Part shown: one piece after another, positions 1 through 12,740 of the stretch | Layout: every line of letters begins with the position of its first letter | How positions within the stretch are numbered: the stretch's first letter is position 1 | Assembly (NCBI RefSeq): GCF_009914755.1 | Contig: NC_060936.1 | Length of the DNA: 64,000 nt | Strand: one strand, 5' to 3' | Source: the human T2T-CHM13v2.0 reference genome, Homo sapiens | Made by a program: the position numbers and the translations under genes | The notes under the pieces: model-generated | What the model saw: only the letters and a program-made list of their open reading frames with translations | Told to the model about the DNA's origin: nothing | The model's database searches: none

Positions 1-3000
1 CTCTCAAAGCACACAAGTACATAGAAATAAAACAACTTGCTCCTGAATGACTTTTGGGTAAATAATGAAATTAAGGCAGACATCAAAATAAATTTGAAAC
101 AAATGAAAATAGAGACAGCATACCAATATCTCTAGGATACAGTAAAAGCAGTGTTAAGAGGAAAGTTTATAGCATCAAAGGCCTACATCTTACAATGTAG
201 AAAGATTTCAAGTTAACAACCTAACATCACACCTGAAAGAACTAGAAAAACAAGAACAAATCAAACCCAAAGCTAGCAGAAGAAAAGAAATAACAAGGAT
301 CAGAGCAGAATTAAATGAAATTGAGATTTTAAAAAGTCATACAATAGTTGAATGAAACAAAAGGTTAGTTCTTTGAAAAGATTAACAAAGTAGACTTAGG
401 TAGATTAGCCAAGAGAGAAAGAGAAGATTCAAATAAGCAAAATTAGAAATAATAAAGATGACATGAAAACTGATACCATAGAATACAAAAGTTCCTCAGA
501 GACTTACTATGAACACCTCTGTGCACAATCTATAAAGCCTAGAGGAAATGGATAAATGTCTGGAAACATACAACCTCTAAAGATTAGACCAGGAAGAAAT
601 TGAAATATTGAACAGACCCATAATTAGTTATAAAATTCAATCACTAATAAAAAAATCTATCAACCAAAAAAAGTCCAGGCGCAGACGGATTCACAGCTGA
701 ATTCTACCAGACACACAAAGAAGAGCTGTTACCAATCTTATTGAACCTATTGCAACCTAACTTATTCTATAAAACCAGTTCATTCTGATACCAAAATCTG
801 TCAAGGACACACACACACAAAATGAATATCAATAGGCCAATATCCCTGACGAACATAGACACAAAAATTCTCAAAAACTACTAGAAAATCAAACACAGTA
901 GAACATGAAAAAGGTAATTCATCAAAATTACATGGATTTTATACCAAGAATGCAAGGTTGGTTCAACATATGCAAATCAATAAATATGATTCAACAAGTA
1001 AAGATAATTAAAAATGAAAATAATGTGATCATCTCAGCAGATGCAGAAAAAGCATTTGATAAAATCCAACATTCCTTCATGCTAAGGAGCCTCAAAAATC
1101 TAGGCATTGAAGGAACACACCTCAAGATAATAAGAGCTATCTGCAACAAACCCACAGCCAACATCATACTGAACAGCACAAGTTAGAAGCATTTCCCCTA
1201 AGAATTAAGGCCAGACACAGTGGCTAATACCTATAATCCCAGCACTTTGGAAGGCCAAGGCAGGTAGAACACCTGAGGTCAGGAGTTTGAGACCAGCCTG
1301 GCCAACATGGTGAAACCCTGTCTCTACTAAAAAAAAAAAAGTCAGCCGGGCATGGTGACAGTCACCTGTAATCCTAGCTACTTGGGAGGCTGAGTCACGA
1401 GAATTGTTTGAACCCAGGAGGAAGAGGTTGCAGTGAGCCGAGATTGCACCACTGCATTCCAGCCTGGGGGACAGAGTGAGACTCTGTCTCAAAAAAAAAC
1501 CAACAACAACAACAACAACAAAAAAAAAACAGAGTAATCAGGCAAAAGAGTTGAATAAAAGGCATCCAAATTAGAAATAAAAGACATCTATTAGAGAAGA
1601 GTAATGTTAAATTATCTCTGTTTGCAGATATATGATCTAATACTTAGAAAACTCTAAAGATTCCTCCAAAAAATTCCTAAATCTGATAAATCCTGAATCA
1701 GTAAAGTTTCAGGATACAAAATAATGCATGAAAATTAGTTGCATTTCTATACATCAACAATGTTCAAGCTGAGAACTAAATCAAGTACTTATTCCCATTT
1801 ACAATAGCCTAAAATATTAAAATACCTAGAAATATATTTAACTAGGGAGGTGAAAGACTTCTATAAGGAGAACTACAAAACACTGATGAAGCAAATTGTA
1901 GATGACATGAACAAACAGATAAGCATCTCATGCTCATGGATAAGAAGAATCAATATTGTTAAAATGACTATACTGCCAAAAGCAATCTACAGATTCAACA
2001 CAATTCCTATCAAGTTGCCAACTTCATTTTTTACCGAATTAGAAAGACAATTCTAAAATTCATTTAAAACCAGAAAGTAGCCCAAATAGCCAAAGGAATC
2101 CTAAGCAAAAAGAACAAAGCCAGAGGCATCACATTACCTGACTTCAAACCATACCTCTTACGTCTATAGTAACCACAACAGCATGCTAGTGGTACAAAAA
2201 TAGACACATAGATCAATGGAACAGAATAGGTAACCCAGAAATAAATCCACACACCTACCACTAACTGACCTTTGGCAAAGTCAACACAAATATATACTGG
2301 GGAAAGGACACCCTATTCAATAAATGGTGCTGGGAAAATTAGCTATATGCGGAAGAATGAAATGGGACTCTTATTTCTCACCATATATAAAAATTAATTC
2401 AAGATGAGTTAAAGATCTAAATGTAAGGCAAGAAACTATGAAAATATTAGAGGAAAAACTCTTCTGGATTATTGGCCTAGGCAAAGTCCATGACCAACTC
2501 CTCAAAAGCAAACACGGCAAAAAAGAAAATAGACAAATGGGACTTCATTAAACTAAAGAGCTTCTGCACAGAAAAAAAAAAAATCAATGAGTAAACAAAC
2601 AACCTACAGAATGAGATAAAATATTTGCCAACTATGCATCCAACTAAGGACTCATATCCAGAATCAATAATGTACTTAAGCAAATCAACAAGAAAAAAAA
2701 ATAACCTCATTTAAATGTGGGCAAAGGACATGAACAGACACTTCTAAAACAAGACATACAAGTGGGCAACAAACAAAAAAGAATGAATGCTCAATATCAC
2801 CAGTCATCAGAGAATGCAGTGAGATACCAATCACACGAGTCAAAAATGGCTATTATCAAAATTTTTAAAAATAACAGATGTTGATGAGGATACCAAGAAA
2901 AGGGAACATTTATACCCTGTTGGTGGGAATGTAAATTAATTCAGCCTCTATGGAAAACAGTACGGAGATGTTTCCAAGAACTATAAATAGAACTACCATT

Positions 3001-3530
3001 CAACCCAGCAATCCTTCTACTGGGTATCTACCCAAAGGAAAGGAAATAATTATACCAAAAATATACTTGTATGTTTATTACAGCACTATTCACAATAGCA
3101 AAATCATGGAATTAACCTAAGTGTCCATCAGTGGTTGAATGCATAAAGAAAATGTGGTTTATATGCAGCATTAAATACTATACAGCCATAAACAATAATG
3201 AAATCATGTCTTTTGCAGCAATTTGTATGCAACCAGAGGTAATTATCATAAGTGAAATAACTCATAGAAAGTCAAACACTGCATATTTTCACTTATAAGT
3301 GGGAACTAAACAATGGGTACATATAGATATAAAGATAAAAAATAAGAGACACTGGGAACTCCAAAAGGGGAGAGTATGGAAGGGAGGCAAGGGTTGAAAT
3401 ACTACCTATTGGGTACTACATTCACTACTTGAGTGATGAGTTCACCTGAAGCCAAAATCTCAGCATTACCCATGTAACAAATCTCCACATATACCCCTTG
3501 AATCTAAAATAAAATAACTAAATAAACAAA
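1..3530 (+). mobile_element. LINE-1 (L1PB/old L1PA-like), ORF2 3' portion plus 3' UTR and A-rich tail, runs off the window start; interrupted by an Alu
   Basis: ORF-track fragments 905-1186 ([12 protein letters not shown]...[13 protein letters not shown] domain) and 1850-2056 match L1 ORF2p. The 3' UTR ends in catgtaacaaatctccacatataccccttgaatctaaaataaaa. Many stops and frameshifts. Confidence 0.95.
1209..1529 (+). mobile_element. AluSx-like SINE with A/(CAA)n tail, inserted in L1 ORF2
   Basis: Dimeric Alu (ggccagacacagtggct...cacctgaggtcaggagtttgagaccagcctggccaacatggtgaaa...gactctgtctc) followed by an A/CAA tail. No TSD seen. Confidence 0.95.
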
Positions 3531-3535
3531 CCATG

Positions 3536-3961
3536 TGTGTTAGGCTGGTTCTTGTGTTGCTATAAAGAAATACCTAAGGCTGGGAAATTTATAAAGAAAA
3601 TAGGTTTAATTAACTCGCAATTCTGCAGGATGTACACAGAGCATGACATTGGCATTGCTCATCTTCTGGTGAGGCCTTGGTCTGCTTACAATCATGGCAG
3701 AAGGCAAAGTGGGAGCAGGCATGTCACATGGCAAGAGCAGGGAGCAAGAGAGAGTGAGAGGGAATGCCACACATTTTTTAAACAACAAGACCTAGGGAGA
3801 ATTCACTCACTGTCATGAGGACAACACCAAAGGGATGGTGCTCAACTATTAATGAGAAATCCACCCCCATGATCCAATCACCTCCCACCAGGTCACACCT
3901 CCAGGATTGGGGATTACAGTTCAACATGAAATTTCACAGGATAAACATCCACACTATATCA
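3536..3961 (-). mobile_element. MaLR solo LTR, MSTA/MSTB-like
   Basis: TG...CA ends (tgtgttaggc...tatatca). MST motifs tataaagaaatacctaaggctggg and ccccatgatccaatcacctcccaccagg. Confidence 0.85.
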
Positions 3962-3989
3962 TCACTACAACAAACAAACATAGTCATAC

Positions 3990-5010
3990 ATTTTCACTCT
4001 GCTGGTCAGAATCCTCCAATGTCTTCCATGTCATTCGGAGTAACGGCCAAGATCCATACAGCAACCAGGGAGAACATACACAAGCAGACTCTCCTGCTAC
4101 CTATTTTTATTCATCACCTAATACTCTCCTTCCCTCTAATTCTACTCCAGTCTTTCTAGGCTTTTTGTGGTCTCTCAAGCCAACAAACAGTTCCTCGCCT
4201 CAGAGCCTCTGCATTGACTATTTTTTTTTCTGCCAAGTGTCCTCTTCCTAAAACCGTTTTTATGGCTCAATTCCTCTCTTTATTCTAGTTTTTGGTAAAA
4301 CACCACCTTTACCAGTAATGCTAATACTCATTGCTTGGATAAAACATACATACTGTGGTTGGCTGATAATGGCCCCCCAGGATATGGCCATATCTTAATC
4401 CCTGGAACCTATGAATATCACCTTATTTAGAAAAAGGGTCTTTGAAAGTGTGATTAACTCAAGGATCTTGATTTTGGATTATACTGGATTATACCAGTGG
4501 GCCTTAAATGCCATCACAAGTGTTTTTATAAGAGAGAGGCAAAGAGAAATTAGACTCACAACAGAGAACATGGTGATATGAAGATGAAGACAAAGACTGA
4601 ACTAATGCGGCCTCAAGTCAAAGAATGCCAACAACTACCAGAAGCTGGAAGAGCTAAGGAACAGTTTCTAGCCCTAGAGCTTCGGGTGTGAGTGTGGTCC
4701 TACTGAAAACTTGATTTCAGACTTCCGGCCTCCAGCAATGTGTAAGAATAAATTTCTGTTCTTTTAAGATACCAAGCTTGTGTGATTTGTTAAAGCAATA
4801 ATAGAAACTACTATAAATATCAAACACCTAGCCTTTTTACCTTGCTTTGTTTTTATTCCATAGAATTTTTTATCTCCCATAATATGCAATTGCTTTTGTT
4901 TGTGGTTTTAAATCACAGGCTGCTAGAATGTAAACACCATAATGACAAGAACATTTTGTGCAGTAACTCATTCTAGAACAATGACTGGGACATAGTTCTC
5001 AATGATCACT
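3990..5010 (+). mobile_element. L2 LINE 3' fragment, split by an MLT1 LTR
   Basis: Degenerate L2 motifs cctcagagcctctgcattgacta and ctagaatgtaaacaccat...ctagaacaatgactgggacatag. Confidence 0.6.
4354..4815 (+). mobile_element. MaLR solo LTR, MLT1C/MLT1D-like
   Basis: Starts tgtggttggctgataatggcccc...cctggaacctatgaatat. Contains cagaagctggaagag and cttccggcctccag...aataaatttctgtt. Confidence 0.85.
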
Positions 5011-5329
5011 TCAGAGAGGGAGCAAAGAGAGGAAGAGAGGGTGGAAGGGAGGGACAAGGGAGGAAGAATTGAGTCTTAAATTTTTCCAGGTGGAAACGGA
5101 TAGTACTCTAGGGCAAGGAGGATGTGTCCTGTTCTTATTACTGTCATTATAAGGGCAGGATAATTAAGTATAGTCAGAAGAAAGCAACAATGATAGTGAA
5201 GGGAGTAGTACACTAATGTGCAAAATGTGATTGTAGGAGCTAGACATCTCTAATTTAGAGAAGATAATTCTTGGTCTAAGTGTGGGAAATAGATTACAAT
5301 GAAATGGATCAATGATTAAAAGCTTTGCA

Positions 5330-5675
5330 AAAGTGTATTCTATCATAGATATGGGGAGTAGAATGGTGGTTACCAGAGGCTGGGGTCAAGGGGATGAGGA
5401 AAGTGGGCATGTTGGTCAAAGGGTACAAAATTTCAGTTAGACTGGAGGAATAAGTTTTAGTGATCTGTTGCACTGCATGATGATCATAGTTAATAATAAC
5501 ATTGTATATTTCAAAATTGCTAAAAGTATAGTTTTCAAATGTTCTCACTACAAAAAAATAAGTAGATGAGGTGATGGATATGTTAACTAGTTTGATCATT
5601 CCACAATGTATACATATATCAAAACATTACATCGTACCCCATAAATATATACAATTATTATTGTCAATTAAAAAT
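5330..5675 (+). mobile_element. L1MA-type 3' UTR fragment
   Basis: gagtagaatggtggttaccagaggctggg...gggtacaaaatttcagttagac...gtcaattaaaaa is a typical L1MA 3' end. Confidence 0.85.
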
Positions 5676-5721
5676 TTTTTTAAGAGGAAGTTTTGAAGAA
5701 ATTCTAAAAGTTAACAGTGCA

Positions 5722-6340
5722 TGTATATTAGTACACCCTTTATGGAAAACAGTACGGAGATTTCTCAAATAACTAAAAATGGAACTACCATTCAATCCAG
5801 CAATCACACTACTGGGTATCTACCCAAAGGGAAAGGAATCATTCTATCAAAAAGACACCTGCACTTATACGTTTAAAGTAGCACTATTCACAATACCAAA
5901 GATATGGAATCAATCTAAGTGTCTATCAATGGATGTTCAGATAAAGAAAATGTGGTGTATATACACAATGGAATACTATTTAGCTATAAAAAGAGTGAAA
6001 TCATGCCTTTTGTAGCAACATGGATGAAACTGGAGGCCATTATCTTAAGCTAAACAACTCTGCCACACAGTCCAGTACCACATATTCTTACTTATAAGTG
6101 GGAGCTAAATAATGCACACACATGAGCATAGAGTGTGGAATGATAGACATTGGAGACTCCGAAGGGTAGGAAGGTGCAAGGGGAGTGAAGGATGAGAAAT
6201 TACTTAATGGGTAGAAGTATATTATTCAGGTGATGGATACAACAAAAGCCCAGATTTTACCACTAAGCGATATATCCATGTAATAAGACTGCACTTGTAT
6301 CCCTTCAATTTGTACAAATTTTTAAAAAGAAAGAAAAGAG
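5722..6340 (+). mobile_element. L1PB/L1MA-type 3' end (ORF2 C-terminus plus 3' UTR)
   Basis: ORF 5779-6015 ([16 protein letters not shown]...WCIYTMEYY) is the ORF2p C-terminus, followed by the 3' UTR and an A-rich tail. Confidence 0.9.
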
Positions 6341-7179
6341 AATGTTATCTACATTAGAACACTAGAATTGACTGTATCCATAACGTATTTCATGAATGGA
6401 AAGATGGACAGGACTAGACTGGCTCAATATTCATCAGGAATATTATAGGAAAGATTCCCACATTATGTAACAAGTTTGAAAGGCATCGAGAGTTGCTTCT
6501 ATTTAAATTGGAACCAAAATAATCATGCCAATAAATGTTTCTGCTCTGATTTAAACAGTAGATTAGGACACCAATTCTGAGATAGCATTGATAATTTATA
6601 ATAGTTTATCTATCCGCTTTTTTGTTTCAATAAAACAGAGGAATAAATAAACTCCTATCAAAATGATCAGTCACTAGAGACTGGTTTTCAACAGAATGGG
6701 GAGTACATCAGAATCTCTTAAGATGTGAGTGGAGTCATGTATACTGTGTAGTTTTGGGAAAAAAAAAAAGATGGTTCTGCTTTGCTCACTGAGCTGGACA
6801 TGTCTCTGCATTTATTCATTGCCCTAAATCAAGGCTAACCTTTTAAAAAAATCTAATGATTATCCTTTTAAAATGAACTGAAACACTTGATTTTTGGAGG
6901 GAGGGGAGCTTCAACCTTCTGTATGGTTCCTTATTTTTTCTCTTTGGATAAGATTTAAAAAGAACTAATAGTGATAATGAATGGAAGACCTTTCCTAAAA
7001 TCACTTGCTTTTTAGAAGTAAAACATTATACAAAAGAAAGCTTAATGTTATTTAAATGATTCTTAAAAACTAACAATTATTTAAGGGAAATTAAGAAATT
7101 TAAGTTTTTTATTTTGCTTATTTAACATTAGGTGGAAAGCAGGGAAAGGAGGGGAAAAAAGGAAATAACTTACCAAAAC

Positions 7180-9800
7180 TATTTTAAGGAAAGTTAGAAA
7201 ACCTGAATAGCTGTATAAATGTTAAGCCAAATAAAAAAATAAAATATTTTCACACACAAAAAAACAGAAAAGTACCAGGCTCAGATTTTTTGTAAAAAAA
7301 TGAGTTCTACTGAACAGTTAAGGAACAAGTAATTCTAATCTATACTATAAACTATACTAAAGTACAGAAAAGTAGCATAATTCCCATCTCATTTCAGGAA
7401 CTCAGCATAACCTTAATAATAAATTTTGACAAAGACATTATAAGAGAGGAAAATTATGAGACTAACAAATAATTATAGATGAAAAACGTGCTAAAGAAAC
7501 TATTAGCAAAAATATGGCAATGTACAAAAATCATAACTCATGACCTAACAAGTCATATTTTGGGAATGCAACATTGATTTAACATTAAAAATTTACCAGA
7601 TTAAAAAAGAAAAGCCATATAATCACTTCATTCTATTTTTAAAAATTAGACAAAATTCAACACCTATTAAGTATTATTGTTAGTTAAACAGCAAATTAGA
7701 AATACAAAATAATTTCTTAACATGAAAGAAAATAACTACCAATTACAAAGCAATCCTCACATTACATTGCAAAGGGGTGTAATCATTACTTTCAAACTTA
7801 GGGCCAAGAGTTCTTGCTTTCCTCAATTTTATTAACATTGAATTAGAGGCATAGGCGGTACAATAAGGCACGAACAATAAATAAAAGAAGCCACACATGG
7901 AAAAAATAGAAATAGAAAGTCATTATGTAGAGATGACATGGTTTTGTACATAGAAATAAAAAATAATCAAAAGACATTATAAGAATTAATGAGAGGTTAG
8001 CAATATGGTGAGACATATAACTTAACACTATTTCTATATATCAGCAACCAAACATTAGAAAATGCAATCTGTAAACCAGACACCACTTGGAAAAAACATT
8101 AAAAAATCTTTCTCAGAATCCATCTAATAAAAGTTGCACAGTTTTAAAATATGATTGCAAAATTGACAACCTTCCCATCCTGAAGTGGGATCTATGCCCC
8201 CTTCCTTGAATCTGGGCTCTGCAACTGCTTGACCATCAGAATCTGATGAAAGTGACACTATGCCAGTTTCCAAATGCAGGTCTCAAAGAAACTGGCACTT
8301 CCATTTCCAGTCTCTTAGGATGCTGGCTCTTAGAACTCAGTACACCTTGCTGCAAGGAAATCCCTACCCAACCTGTGTGGAGAGACCACAGGGAGAGGCC
8401 CTGTAACTGCATGAAGTGAGATGTCTGGCTATCTTTCAGCTGCTGGACATTCCCCCTTCCCCATCATCTTTACCCCATCCAGCTTCAGCCACCATCTCAC
8501 TGCAACCATTTGAAAGATCTTGAGCCAGAACTGCCAGGTGAACCCCAACCACAGAAACCATAAGGGGCAATAAGATGATTTTTATTGTTTTTAAGTCAAT
8601 AAGTTTTGGGATGATTTGTTACATCAACAACAGATAACTAGAGATATCTCTATGGAGAAATTTTAAAATTTTGCTGACAACATAGATTCAATACAACTGC
8701 ACCAAAATCTCCACAATCTTTGTTGGTGGTCCTCCTTAAGAACAAAGTGGGGTCTTTTTTTTCATATATCAAGAATTATTTTGAAGTTATAATAGGTCAG
8801 TGTGGTATTGGAGTAGATATAACAAATTCACCAAAACAAGGAAGAGCTCAGAAGCAGAATCAAACAAATATGAAAAATTTCAATATGCTCTAAATCACAT
8901 ACAGACTGGTTGAGAAAGAATGGCATTTTCAATAAATGTTGTGGGGACATTTGCTATCAGTGATGGAAAAGAAAGTGGACCTATACCTCACACCATATAC
9001 AACCAGCATTTCCAGCTGGAATAAAGACTTATCTATGAATGATAAAATTATAAATTTTAAGATACATTATAGGATATCTGTATTACAACAGTCTACTAAG
9101 AATTCTCCCAATGCATTAAGAACTTCTGTAAAACCTTAAGAAAAAGACAGACAACTCAATAGAAAAATGAACAAAAGTTATGGGCAGGCACATCATGAAA
9201 AAGAAAGCCCAAATTGCCACTAAAATCTTAAGAAATCTAAAAAGGGTGAATTTTACTGTATGCAAATTATACCACAATAAACAAACCAAAATAAAAATGT
9301 GAAAAATATGACCCTTATGAGTAATCTTGGAAATACAATTTAAAATCACAATCAAAACATTTCTCACTACCAAATCAGCCAAGAAATAAAAATTCTAATA
9401 AAATAAAGTTTTGGCAAAGATATGAAGCAAATGGAACATCTATGTACTGCTGGTAGGAATAAAAATTAGCACAATTTTGGAAAACAATTCACTGTTAATA
9501 AGCTACGGATGGCACAGCAATTCCTCTGCTGGTTTTACACCCTAAAGAAATTCCTACAAATGGACACCAGAGTCATGTAAAAGAATGTTGTAGCACTGTG
9601 TGAAATAGCAAGATTCTAGAAATAACTCTAATTTACCAATAGTAAAATGGCTAAACATATTGTGGAAACCAACAATGTAAAATATACATCAGTGGAAAAA
9701 TCAAGGAACTAGATTCACAACAGTCTATAGGCAGTGTGAGACCATTTATATATAATTTTAAATCATAGAAAACAATGCTATGCTTTATATAGTAATAGAT
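7180..9800 (+). mobile_element. Ancient L1 (L1M/L1ME-like), heavily decayed ORF2 to 3' UTR; appears to resume at ~16810-16995
   Basis: Degenerate ORF2 motifs (gacaaaattcaacacc, cattatgtagagatgacatgg, tacctcacaccatatac, cacagcaattcctctgctgg) in L1 order. Confidence 0.7.
8135..8643 (+). mobile_element. MaLR solo LTR, MLT1G/H-like, nested in old L1
   Basis: cccttccttgaatctgggct...gaaagtgacactatgccagtttcca...ttttaagtcaataagttttggg...cagataacta. Confidence 0.7.
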
Positions 9801-9807
9801 ATACTGT

Positions 9808-10297
9808 AAAGACACATGATGTGTATGTTCATTGCAGCACTATTTGCAATAGCAAAGACATGAAATCAACCTAAATGCCCATCATTGATAGACTGGATAA
9901 AGAAAATGTAGTACATATACACCACGGAATACTAAACAGCCATAAAAACGAATGAGATCATGTCCTTTGCAGGGACATGGATGGAGCTGGAGGACATTAT
10001 CCTTAGCAAACAAACACAGGAACAGAAAACCATATACCTCATGTTCCTACTTGTAAGCAGGAGCAAAATGATGAGAACACATGGACACATAGAAGGGAAA
10101 AAAACACACTAGGGCTTATCAGAGGGTGGAGAAAGGGAGGAGGGAGAGGATCAGGTAAAATAACTAATGAGTACTATGCTTAATACCTGGTTGATAAAAT
10201 AATCTGTACAACAAACCCCCATGACACAAGTTTACCTACGTAACAAACTTACACATGTACCTCTGAATTTAAAAGAAGAGAGAGAAAAAGAAATTTT
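9808..10297 (+). mobile_element. L1PA13-16-like 3' end (5'-truncated)
   Basis: 3' UTR gggagaggatcaggtaaaataactaatgagtac...aatctgtacaacaaacccccatgacacaagtttacc plus an A-rich tail. Confidence 0.85.
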
Positions 10298-10310
10298 AAA
10301 AATCATTTAA

Positions 10311-11336
10311 CCATTTCCAAGATGGTCAAATAGGAATAGCTCCAGTCTACAGCTCCCAGTATGAATGATGCAGAAGACGGGTGATTTCTGCATTTCCAAC
10401 TGAGGTACCAGGTTCATCTAACTGGGGCTTGTCACACAGTGGGTGCAGTACACAGAGTGTGAGCCGAAGTAGGGTGGGCCATCGCCTCATCCGGGAAACT
10501 CAAGGGGTCAGGGAATTCCCTTTCCTAGCCAAGGGAAGCCGTGACAGACGGTACCTGAAAAATCGGGACACTCTCACCCTAATACTGCGCTTTTCCAATG
10601 GTCTTAGCAAATGGCACACAAGGAGATTATATCCTGCATTTGGCTCGGAGGGTCCCACGCCTACGGAGCCTTGCTAACTGCTAGCACAGAAGTCTGAGAT
10701 CGAACTGCAAGGTGGCAGCAAGCCTGGGGGAAGGGCATCCACCATTGCTGAGGCTTGAGTAGGTAAACAAAGCAGCCAGGAAGCTCGAACTGGGTGGAGC
10801 CCACCGCAGCTCAAGGAGGCCTGCCTGCCTCTGTAGACTCCACCTTGGGGGGCAGGGCATAGCTGAACAAAAGGCAGCAGAAACTTCTGCAGACTTAAAC
10901 AACTGTGTCTGACAGCTTTGAAGAGAGCAGTGGTTCTCCCAGCACAGAGTTTGAGATCTGAGAATGGAGAGACTGCCTCCTCAAGTGCGTCCCTGACTCC
11001 CGAGTAGCTAACTGGGAGACACCTCCCAGTAAAGGCCGACCGACACCTCATATAGCCAGGTGCCCCTCTGAGACAAAGCTTCCAGAGGAAGGATCAGGCA
11101 GCAACATTTGCTGTTCTGCAATATTTGCTGTTCTGCAATATTTGCTGTTCTGCAGCCTCTGCTGGTGATACCCAGGCAAACAAGGTCTGGAGTGGACCTC
11201 CGGCAAACTCCAACAGACCTGCAGCTGAGGGTCCTGACTGTTAGAAGGAAAAATAACAAACAGAAAGGACACCCACACCAAAACCCCATCTGTATGTCAC
11301 CATCATCAAAGACCAAAGGTAGATAAAACCACAAAG
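10311..11336 (+). promoter_or_regulatory. L1 5' UTR (internal sense promoter and antisense promoter region), CpG-decayed
   Basis: Position and sequence of an L1PA 5' UTR. The YY1 core reads aagatggtc instead of aagatggcc, and many CpGs are converted to TpG/CpA. Activity cannot be inferred from sequence. Confidence 0.7.
10674..10745 (-). pseudogene. L1 ORF0 homologue truncated by a premature stop (23 aa)
   Basis: The end of ORF 10674..11051, MVDALPPGLLPPCSSISDFCASS*, aligns with the ORF0 N-terminus as I recall it (MAGAPPPASLPPCSLISDCCAS). Confidence 0.7.
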
Positions 11337-12677
<1,341 letters not shown>

Positions 12678-12740
12678 AGACCGTCGAGGCTAGGAAGAAA
12701 CTGCATCAACTAACAAGCAAAATAACCAGCTAACATCATA

